A DNA stretch of 64,000 nucleotides, taken from Eledone cirrhosa. Lineage: Eukaryota. Each line of letters starts with the position of its first letter. The first letter of the stretch is position 1. The stretch spans positions 1,674,001 to 1,738,000 of the forward strand of contig OZ024744.1 of the NCBI GenBank assembly GCA_964016885.1. Direction: 5' to 3'. The notes beneath the pieces are model-generated. The model was not told the origin of the DNA and searched no databases. It saw only the letters and a program-made list of their open reading frames with translations. Below, in pieces: positions 49,131 to 60,500 of this stretch. The position numbers and the translations under genes were made by a program.

Positions 49131-52100
49131 TACCTTGTCTTCCCTCAAAACTTCGTTCTTCACCAAGCTATCTTTCTCTACCTTGTCTTCCCCTAAAACT
49201 TCGTTCTTCACCAAGCTATCTTTCTCTACCTTGTCTTCCCCCAAAACTTCGTTCTTCACCAAGCTATCTTTCTCTACCTTGTCTTCCCCCAAAACTTCGT
49301 TCTTCACCAAGCTATCTTTCTCTACCTTGTCTTCCCTCAAAACGTCGTTCTTCACCAAGCTATCTTTCTCTACCTTGTCTTCCCCCAAAACTTCGTTCTT
49401 CACCAAGCTATCTTTCTCTACCTCGTCTTCCCTCAAAACTTCGTTCTTCACCAAGCTATCTTTCTCTACCTTGTCTTCCCACAAAACGTCATTCTTCACC
49501 AAGCTATCTTTCTCTAACTTGTCTTCCCTCAAAACGTCGTTCTTCACCAAGCTATCTTTCTCTACCTTGTCTTCCCCCAAAACTTCGTTCTTCACCAAGC
49601 TATCTTTCTCTACCTTGTCTTCCCCCAAAACTTCGTTCTTCGCAAGCTATCTTTCTCTACCTTGTCTTCCCCCAAAACTTCGTTCTTCAGCAAGCTATCT
49701 TTCTCTACCTTGTCTTCCCACAAAACGTCGTTCTTCACCAAGCTATCTTTCTCTACCTTGTCTTCCCTCAAAACGTCGTGCTTCACCAAGCTATCTTTCT
49801 CTACCTTGTCTTCCCTCAAAACATCGTTCTTCACCAAGCTATCTTTCTCTACCTTGTCTTCTCCCAAAACTTCGTTATTCACCAAGCTATCTTTCTCTAC
49901 CTTGTCTTCCATCAAAACTTCGTTCTTCACCAAGCTATCTTTCACTACCTTGTCTTACCCCAAAACTTCGTTCTTCACCAAGCTATCTTTCTCTACCTTG
50001 TCTTCCCCCAAAACTTCGTTCTTCACCAAGCTATCTTTCTCTACCTTGTCTTCCCTCAAAACTTCGTTCTTCACCAAGCTATCTTTCTCTACCTTGTCTT
50101 CCCCCAAAACTTCGTTCTTCACCAAGCTATCTTTCTCTACCTTGTCTTCTCCCAAAACTTCGTTATACACCAAGCTATCTTTCTCTACCTTGTCTTCCAT
50201 CAAAACTTCGTTCTTCACCAAGCTATCTTTCTCTACCTTGCCTTCCCCCAAAACTTCGTTCTTCACCAAGTCATCTTTCTCTACCTTGTCATCCCTCAAA
50301 ACTTTGTTCTTCACCAATCTATCTTTCTCTACCTTGTCTTCCCCCAAAACTTCGTTCTTCACCAAGCTATCTTTCTCTAGCTTGTCTTCACACAAAACTT
50401 CGTTCTTCACCAAGCTATCTTCCTCTACCTTGTCTTCCCACAAAACGTCATTCTTCACCAAGCTATCTTTCTCTACCTTGTCTTCCGTCAAAACTTCGTT
50501 CTTCACCAAGATATCTTTCTCTACCTTGTCTCCTCCCAAAACTTCGTTCTTCACCAAGCTATCTTTCTCTACCTTGTCTTCCCTCAGAACTTCGTTCTTC
50601 ACCAAGCTATCTTTCTCTACCTTGTCTTCCCCCAAAACTTCGTTCTTCACCAAGCTATCTTTCTCTACATTGTCTTCCCCAAAACTTCGTTCTTCACCAA
50701 GCTATCTTTCACGACCTTGTCTTCCCTCAAAACGTCGTTCTTCACCAAGCTATCTTTCTCTACCTTGTCTTCCCCCAAACTTCGTTCTTCACCAAGCTAT
50801 CTTTCTCTACCTTGTCTTCCCCCAAAACTTCGTTCTTCACCAAGCTATCTTTCTCTACCTCGTCTTCCCTTAAAACTTTGTTCTTCACCAAGCTATCTTT
50901 CTCTACCTTGTCTTCCCCCAAAACTTCGTTCTTCACCAAGCTATCTTTCTCTACCTTGTCTTCCCCCAAAACTTCGTTCTTCACCAAGCTATCTTTCTCT
51001 ACCTTGTCTTCCCTCAAAACGTCGTTCTTCACCAAGCTATCTTTCTCTACCTTGTCTTCCCCCAAAACTTCGTTCTTCACCAAGCTATCTTTCTCTACCT
51101 TGTCTTCCCCCAAAACTTCGTTCTTCACCAAGCTATCTTTCTCTACCTCGTCTTCCCTCAAAACTTCGTTCTTCACCAAGCTATCTTTCTCTACCTTGTC
51201 TTCCCCCAAAACTTCGTTCTTCACCAAGTCATCTTTCTCTACCTTGTCTTCCCACAAAACGTCATTCTTCACCAAGCTATCTTTCTCTACCTTGTCTTCC
51301 CCCAAACTTCGTTCTTCACCAAGCTATCTTTCTCTACCTTGTCTTCCCCCAAAACTTCGTTCTTCACCAAGCTATCTTTCTCTACCTCGTCTTCCCTCAA
51401 AACTTTGTTCTTCACCAAGCTATCTTTCTCTACCTCGTCTTCCCTCAAAACTTCGTTCTTCACCAAGCTATCTTTCTCTACCTTGTCTTCCCCTAAAACT
51501 TCGTTCTTCACCAAGCTATCTTTCTCTACCTTGTCTTCCCCCAAAACTTCGTTCTTCACCAAGCTATCTTTCTCTACCTTGTCTTCCCCCAAAACTTCGT
51601 TCTTCACCAAGCTATCTTTCTCTACCTTGTCTTCCCTCAAAACGTCGTCCTTCACCAAGCTATCTTTCTCTACCTTGTCTTCCCCCAAAACTTCGTTCTT
51701 CACCAAGCTATCTTTCTCTACCTCGTCTTCCATCAAAACTTCGTTCTTCACCAAGCTATCTTTCTCTACCTTGTCTTCCCACAAAACGTCATTCTTCACC
51801 AAGCTATCTTTCTCTAACTTGTCTTCCCTCAAAACGTCGTTCTTCACCAAGCTATCTTTCTCTACCTTGTCTTCCCCCAAAACTTCGTTCTTCACCAAGC
51901 TATCTTTCTCTACCTTGTCTTCCCCCAAAACTTCGTTCTTCGCAAGCTATCTTTCTCTACCTTGTCTTCCCCCAAAACTTCGTTCTTCAGCAAGCTATCT
52001 TTCTCTACCTTGTCTTCCCACAAAACGTCGTTCTTCACCAAGCTATCTTTCTCTACCTTGTCTTCCCTCAAAACGTCGTTCTTCACCAAGCTATCTTTCT

Positions 52101-52724
52101 CTACCTTGTCTTCCCTCAAAACATCGTTCTTCACCAAGCTATCTTTCTCTACCTTGTCTTCTCCCAAAACTTCGTTATTCACCAAGCTATCTTTCTCTAC
52201 CTTGTCTTCCGTCAAAACTTCGTTCTTCACCAAGCTATCTTTCTCTACCTTGTCTTCCCCCAAAACTTCGTTCTTCACCAAGCTATCTTTCTCTACCTCG
52301 TCTTCACTCAAAACTTTGTTCTTCACCAAGCTATCTTTCTCTACCTTGTCTTCCCCCAAAACTTCGTTCTTCACCAAGCTATCTTTCTCTACCTTGTCTT
52401 CCCCCAAAACTTCGTTCTTCACCAAGCTATCTTTCTCTACCTTGTCTTCCCTCAAAACGTCGTTCTTCACCAAGCTATCTTTCTCTACCTTGTCTTCCCC
52501 CAAAACTTCGTTCTTCACCAAGCTATCTTTCTCTACCTTGTCTTCCCCCAAAACTTCGTTCTTCACCAAGCTATCTTTCTCTACCTCGTCTTCCCTCAAA
52601 ACTTCGTTCTTCACCAAGCTATCTTTCTCTACCTTGTCTTCCCCCAAAACTTCGTTCTTCACCAAGTCATCTTTCTCTACCGTGTCTTCCCACAAAACGT
52701 CATTCTTCACCAAGCTATCTTTCT

Positions 52725-55700
52725 CTACCTTGTCTTCCCCCAAACTTCGTTCTTCACCAAGCTATCTTTCTCTACCTTGTCTTCCCCCAAAACTTCGTTC
52801 TTCACCAAGCTATCTTTCTCTACCTCGTCTTCCCTCAAAACTTTGTTCTTCACCAAGCTATCTTTCTCTACCTCGTCTTCCCTCAAAACTTCGTTCTTCA
52901 CCAAGCTATCTTTCTCTACCTTGTCTTCCCCTAAAACTTCGTTCTTCACCAAGCTATCTTTCTCTACCTTGTCTTCCCCCAAAACTTCGTTCTTCACCAA
53001 GCTATCTTTCTCTACCTTGTCTTCCCCCAAAACTTCGTTCTTCACCAAGCTATCTTTCTCTACCTTGTCTTCCCTCAAAACGTCGTTCTTCACCAAGCTA
53101 TCTTTCTCTACCTTGTCTTCCCCCAAAACTTCGTTCTTCACCAAGCTATCTTTCTCTACCTCGTCTTCCCTCAAAACTTCGTTCTTCACCAAGCTATCTT
53201 TCTCTACCTTGTCTTCCCACAAAACGTCATTCTTCACCAAGCTATCTTTCTCTAACTTGTCTTCCCTCAAAACGTCGTTCTTCACCAAGCTATCTTTCTC
53301 TACCTTGTCTTCCCCCAAAACTTCGTTCTTCACCAAGCTATCTTTCTCTACCTTGTCTTCCCCCAAAACTTCGTTCTTCGCAAGCTATCTTTCTCTACCT
53401 TGTCTTCCCCCAAAACTTCGTTCTTCAGCAAGCTATCTTTCTCTACCTTGTCTTCCCACAAAACGTCGTTCTTCACCAAGCTATCTTTCTCTACCTTGTC
53501 TTCCCTCAAAACGTCGTTCTTCACCAAGCTATCTTTCTCTACCTTGTCTTCCCTCAAAACATCGTTCTTCACCAAGCTATCTTTCTCTACCTTGTCTTCT
53601 CCCAAAACTTCGTTATTCACCAAGCTATCTTTCTCTACCTTGTCTTCCCTCAAAACTTCGTTCTTCACCAAGCTATCTTCCTCTACCTTGTCTTCCCCCA
53701 AAACTTCGTTCTTCACCAAGCTATCTTTCTCTACCTTGTCTTCCCCCAAAACTTCGTTCTTCACCAAGCTATCTTTCTCTAGCTTGTCTTCACACAAAAC
53801 TTCGTTCTTCACCAAGCTATCTTTCTCTACCTTGTCTTCCCACAAAACGTCATTCTTCACCAAGCTATCTTTCTCTACCTTGTCTTCCGTCGAAACTTCG
53901 TTCTTCACCAAGATATCTTTCTCTACCTTGTTTTCTCCCAAAACTTCGTTCTTCACCAAGCTATCTTTCTCTACCTTGTCTTCCCTCAGAACATCGTTCT
54001 TCACCAAGCTATCTTTCTCTACCTTGTCTTCCCTCAAAACGTCGTTCTTCACCAAGCTATCTTTCTCTACCTTGTCTTCCCTCAAAACATCGTTCTTCAC
54101 CAAGCTATCTTTCTCTACCTTGTCTTCTACCAAAACTTCGTTATTCACCAAGCTATCTTTCTCTACCTTGTCTTCCCTCAAAACTTCGTTCTTCACCAAG
54201 CTATCTTTCTCTACCTTGTCTTCCCCCAAAACTTCGTTCTTCACCAATCTATCTTTCTCTACCTTGTCTTCCCCCAAAACTTCGTTCTTCACCAAGCTAT
54301 CTTTCTCTACCTTGTCTTCCCCCAAAACTTCTTTCTTCACCAAGTCATCTTTCTCTACCTTGTCATCCCTCAAAACTTCGTTCTTCACCAATCTATCTTT
54401 CTCTGCCTTGTCTTCCCCCAAAACTTCTTTCTTCACCAAGTCATCTTTCTCTACCTTGTCATCCCTCAAAACTTCGTTCTTCACCAATCTATCTTTCTAT
54501 ACCTTGTCTTCCCCTAAAACTTCGTTCTTCACCAAGCTATCTTTCTCTACCTTGTCTTCCCCCAAAACTTCGTTCTTCACCAAGCTATCTTTCTCTACCT
54601 TGTCTTCCCCCAAAACTTCGTTCTTCACCAAGCTATCTTTCTCTACCTTGTCTTCCCTCAAAACGTCGTTCTTCACCAAGCTATCTTTCTCTACCTTGTC
54701 TTCCCCCAAAACTTCGTTCTTCACCAAGCTATCTTTCTCTACCTCGTCTTCCCTCAAAACTTCGTTCTTCACCAAGCTATCTTTCTCTACCTTGTCTTCC
54801 CACAAAACGTCATTCTTCAACAAGCTATCTTTCTCTAACTTGTCTTCCCTCAAAACGTCGTTCTTCACCAAGCTATCTTTCTCTACCTTGTCTTCCCCCA
54901 AAACTTCGTTCTTCACCAAGCTATCTTTCTCTACCTTGTCTTCCCCCAAAACTTCGTTCTTCGCAAGCTATCTTTCTCTACCTTGTCTTCCCCCAAACTT
55001 CGTTCTTCACCAAGCTATCTTTCTCTACCTTGTCTTCCCCCAAAACTTCGTTCTTCACCAAGCTATCTTTCTCTACCTCGTCTTCCCTCAAAACTTTGTT
55101 CTTCACCAAGCTATCTTTCTCTACCTCGTCTTCCCTCAAAACTTCGTTCTTCACCAAGCTATCTTTCTCTACCTTGTCTTCCCCTAAAACTTCGTTCTTC
55201 ACCAAGCTATCTTTCTCTACCTTGTCTTCCCCCAAAACTTCGTTCTTCACCAAGCTATCTTTCTCTACCTTGTCTTCCCCCAAAACTTCGTTCTTCACCA
55301 AGCTATCTTTCTCTACCTTGTCTTCCCCCAAAACTTCGTTCTTCGCAAGCTATCTTTCTCTACCTTGTCTTCCCCCAAACTTCGTTCTTCACCAAGCTAT
55401 CTTTCTCTACCTTGTCTTCCCCCAAAACTTCGTTCTTCACCAAGCTATCTTTCTCTACCTCGTCTTCCCTCAAAACTTTGTTCTTCACCAAGCTATCTTT
55501 CTCTACCTCGTCTTCCCTCAAAACTTCGTTCTTCACCAAGCTATCTTTCTCTACCTTGTCTTCCCCTAAAACTTCGTTCTTCACCAAGCTATCTTTCTCT
55601 ACCTTGTCTTCCCCCAAAACTTCGTTCTTCACCAAGCTATCTTTCTCTACCTTGTCTTCCCCCAAAACTTCGTTCTTCACCAAGCTATCTTTCTCTACCT

Positions 55701-57510
55701 TGTCTTCCCTCAAAACGTCGTTCTTCACCAAGCTATCTTTCTCTACCTTGTCTTCCCCCAAAACTTCGTTCTTCACCAAGCTATCTTTCTCTACCTCGTC
55801 TTCCCTCAAAACTTCGTTCTTCACCAAGCTATCTTTCTCTACCTTGTCTTCCCACAAAACGTCATTCTTCACCAAGCTATCTTTCTCTAACTTGTCTTCC
55901 CTCAAAACGTCGTTCTTCACCAAGCTATCTTTCTCTACCTTGTCTTCCCCCAAAACTTCGTTCTTCACCAAGCTATCTTTCTCTACCTTGTCTTCCCCCA
56001 AAACTTCGTTCTTCGCAAGCTATCTTTCTCTACCTTGTCTTCCCCCAAAACTTCGTTCTTCAGCAAGCTATCTTTCTCTACCTTGTCTTCCCACAAAACG
56101 TCGTTCTTCACCAAGCTATCTTTCTCTACCTTGTCTTCCCTCAAAACGTCGTTCTTCACCAAGCTATCTTTCTCTACCTTGTCTTCCCTCAAAACATCGT
56201 TCTTCACCAAGCTATCTTTCTCTACCTTGTCTTCTCCCAAAACTTCGTTATTCACCAAGCTATCTTTCTCTACCTTGTCTTCCCTCAAAACTTCGTTCTT
56301 CACCAAGCTATCTTCCTCTACCTTGTCTTCCCCCAAAACTTCGTTCTTCACCAAGCTATCTTTTTCTACCTTGTCTTCCCCCAAAACTTCGTTCTTCACC
56401 AAGCTATCTTTCTCTAGCTTGTCTTCACACAAAACTTCGTTCTTCACCAAGCTATCTTTCTCTACCTTGTCTTCCCACAAAACGTCATTCTTCACCAAGC
56501 TATCTTTCTCTACCTTGTCTTCCGTCGAAACTTCGTTCTTCACCAAGATATCTTTCTCTACCTTGTTTTCTCCCAAAACTTCGTTCTTCACCAAGCTATC
56601 TTTCTCTACCTTGTCTTCCCTCAGAACATCGTTCTTCACCAAGCTATCTTTCTCTACCTTGTCTTCCCTCAAAACGTCGTTCTTCACCAAGCTATCTTTC
56701 TCTACCTTGTCTTCCCTCAAAACATCGTTCTTCACCAAGGTATCTTTCTCTACCTTGTCTTCCCCCAAAACTTCGTTCTTCACCAATCTATCTTTCTCTA
56801 CCTTGTCTTCCCCCAAAACTTCGTTCTTCACCAAGCTATCTTTCTCTACCTTGTCTTCCCCCAAAACTTCTTTCTTCACCAAGTCATCTTTCTCTACCTT
56901 GTCATCCCTCAAAACTTCGTTCTTCACCAATCTATCTTTCTCTGCCTTGTCTTCCCCCAAAACTTCTTTCTTCACCAAGTCATCTTTCTCTACCTTGTCA
57001 TCCCTCAAAACTTCGTTCTTCACCAATCTATCTTTCTCTACCTTGTCTTCCCCTAAAACTTCTTTCTTCACCAAGCTATCTTTCTCTACCTTGTCTTCCC
57101 CCAAAACTTCGTTCTTCACCAAGCTATCTTTCTCTACCTTGTCTTCCCCCAAAACTTCGTTCTTCACCAAGCTATCTTTCTCTACCTTGTCTTCCCTCAA
57201 AACGTCGTTCTTCACCAAGCTATCTTTCTCTACCTTGTCTTCCCCCAAAACTTCGTTCTTCACCAAGCTATCTTTCTCTACCTCGTCTTCCCTCAAAACT
57301 TCGTTCTTCACCAAGCTATCTTTCTCTACCTTGTCTTCCCACAAAACGTCATTCTTCAACAAGCTATCTTTCTCTAACTTGTCTTCCCTCAAAACGTCGT
57401 TCTTCACCAAGCTATCTTTCTCTACCTTGTCTTCCCCCAAAACTTCGTTCTTCACCAAGCTATCTTTCTCTACCTTGTCTTCCCCCAAAACTTCGTTCTT
57501 CGCAAGCTAT
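52725..57510. repeat. Duplicated ~2.2-kb block (offset 2635 bp) separated by a 382-bp (8-monomer) partial copy; related copies at ~60634-62330 and ~62648-64000
   Basis: ORF pairs 52725/55360 and 53348/55983 differ by 2635, and 54978/55360 differ by 382. Marker tcttcctct lies at ~53676, 56311, 61633 and 63600. Confidence 0.85.
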
Positions 57511-60500
57511 CTTTCTCTACCTTGTCTTCCCCCAAAACTTCGTTCTTCAGCAAGCTATCTTTCTCTACCTTGTCTTCCCACAAAACGTCGTTCTTCACCA
57601 AGCTATCTTTCTCTACCTTGTCTTCCCTCAAAACGTCGTGCTTCACCAAGCTATCTTTCTCTACCTTGTCTTCCCTCAAAACATCGTTCTTCACCAAGCT
57701 ATCTTTCTCTACCTTGTCTTCTCCCAAAACTTCGTTATTCACCAAGCTATCTTTCTCTACCTTGTCTTCCCTCAAAACTTCGTTCTTCACCAAGCTATCT
57801 TTCACTACCTTGTCTTCCCCCAAAACTTCGTTCTTCACCAAGCTATCTTTCTCTACCTTGTCTTCCCCCAAAACTTCGTTCTTCACCAAGCTATCTTTCT
57901 CTACCTTGTCTTCCCTCAAAACTTTGTTCTTCACCAAGCTATCTTTCTCTACCTTGTCTTCCCCCAAAACTTCGATCTTCACCAAGCTATCTTTCTCTAC
58001 CTTGTCTTCTCCCAAAACTTCGTTATTCACCAAGCTATCTTTCTCTACCTTGTCTTCCATCAAAACTTCGTTCTTCACCAAGCTATCTTTCTCTACCTTG
58101 TCTTCCCCCAAAACTTCGTTCTTCACCAAGCTATCTTTCTCTACATTGTCTTCCCCAAAACTTCGTTCTTCACCAAGCTATCTTTCACGACCTTGTCTTC
58201 CCTCAAAACGTCGTTCTTCACCAAGCTATCTTTCTCTCCTTTGTCTTCCCCCAAAACTTCGTTCTTCACCAAGCTATCTTTCTCTACCTTGTCTTCCCCC
58301 AAAACTTCGTTCTTCACCAAGCTATCTTTCTCTACCTCGTCTTCCCTCAAAACTTCGTTCTTCACCAAGCTATCTTTCTCTACCTTGTCTTCCCCTAAAA
58401 CTTCGTTCTTCACCAAGCTATCTTTCTCTACCTTGTCTTCCCCCAAAACTTCGTTCTTCACCAAGCTATCTTTCTCTACCTTGTCTTCCCCCAAAACTTC
58501 GTTCTTCACCAAGCTATCTTTCTCTACCTTGTCTTCCCTCAAAACGTCGTTCTTCACCAAGCTATCTTTCTCTACCTTGTCTTCCCCCAAAACTTCGTTC
58601 TTCACCAAGCTATCTTTCTCTACCTTGTCTTCTCCCAAAACTTCGTTATTCACCAAGCTATCTTTCTCTACCTTGTCTTCCATCAAAACTTCGTTCTTCA
58701 CCAAGCTATCTTTCTCTACCTTGTCTTCCCCCAAAACTTCGTTCTTCACCAAGCTATCTTTCTCTACCTTGTCTTCTCCCAAAACTTCGTTATTCACCAA
58801 GCTATCTTTCTCTACCTTGTCTTCCATCAAAACTTCGTTCTTCACCAAGCTATCTTTCTCTACCTTGTCTTCCCCCAAAACTTCATTCTTCACCAAGCTA
58901 TCTTTCTCTACATTGTCTTCCCCAAAACTTCGTTCTTCACAAAGCTATCTTTCACGACCTTGTCTTCCCTCAAAACGTCGTTCTTCACCAAGCTATCTTT
59001 CTCTCCTTTGTCTTCCCCCAAAACTTCGTTCTTCACCAAGCTATCTTTCTCTACCTTGTCTTCCCCCAAAACTTCGTTCTTCACCAAGCTATCTTTCTCT
59101 ACCTCGTCTTCCCTCAAAACTTCGTTCTTCACCAAGCTATCTTTCTCTACCTTGTCTTCCCCTAAAACTTCGTTCTTCACCAAGCTATCTTTCTCTACCT
59201 TGTCTTCCCCCAAAACTTCGTTCTTCACTAAGCTATCTTTCTCTACCTTGTCTTCCCCCAAAACTTCGTTCTTCACCAAGCTATCTTTCTCTACCTTGTC
59301 TTCCCTCAAAACGTCGTTCTTCACCAAGCTATCTTTCTCTACCTTGTCTTCCCCCAAAACTTCGTTCTTCACCAAGCTATCTTTCTCTACCTCGTCTTCC
59401 CTCAAAACTTCGTTCTTCACCAAGCTATCTTTCTCTACCTTGTCTTCCCACAAAACGTCATTCTTCACCAAGCTATCTTTCTCTAACTTGTCTTCCCTCA
59501 AAACGTCGTTCTTCACCAAGCTATCTTTCTCTACCTTGTCTTCCCCCAAAACTTCGTTCTTCACCAAGCTATCTTTCTCTACCTTGTCTTCCCCTAAAAC
59601 TTCGTTCTTCGCAAGCTATCTTTCTCTACCTTGTCTTCCCCCAAAACTTCGTTCTTCAGCAAGCTATCTTTCTCTACCTTGTCTTCCCACAAAACGTCGT
59701 TCTTCACCAAGCTATCTTTCTCTACCTTGTCTTCCCTCAAAACGTCGTGCTTCACCAAGCTATCTTTCTCTACCTTGTCTTCCCTCAAAACATCGTTCTT
59801 CACCAAGCTATCTTTCTCTACCTTGTCTTCTCCCAAAACTTCGTTATTCACCAAGCTATCTTTCTCTACCTTGTCTTCCATCAAAACTTCGTTCTTCACC
59901 AAGCTATCTTTCACAACCTTGTCTTCCCCCAAAACTTCGTTCTTCACCAAGCTATCTTTCTCTACCTTGTCTTCCCACAAAACGTCGTTCTTCACCAAGC
60001 TATCTTTCTCTACCTTGTCTTCCCTCAAAACGTCGTTCTTCACCAAGCTATCTTTCTCTACCTTGTCTTCCCTCAAAACATCGTTCTTCACCAAGCTATC
60101 TTTCTCTACCTTGTCTTCTCCCAAAACTTCGTTATTCACCAAGCTATCTTTCTCTACCTTGTCTTCCCTCAAAACTTCGTTCTTCACCAAGCTATCTTTC
60201 TCTACCTTGTCTTCCCCCAAAACTTCGTTCTTCACCAAGCTATCTTTCTCTACCTCGTCTTCACTCAAAACTTTGTTCTTCACCAAGCTATCTTTCTCTA
60301 CCTTGTCTTCCCCCAAAACTTCGTTCTTCACCAAGCTATCTTTCTCTACCTTGTCTTCCCTCAAAACGTCGTTCTTCACCAAGCTATCTTTCTCTACCTT
60401 GTCTTCCCCCAAAACTTCGTTCTTCACCAAGCTATCTTTCTCTACCTTGTCTTCCCCCAAAACTTCGTTCTTCACCAAGCTATCTTTCTCTACCTCGTCT

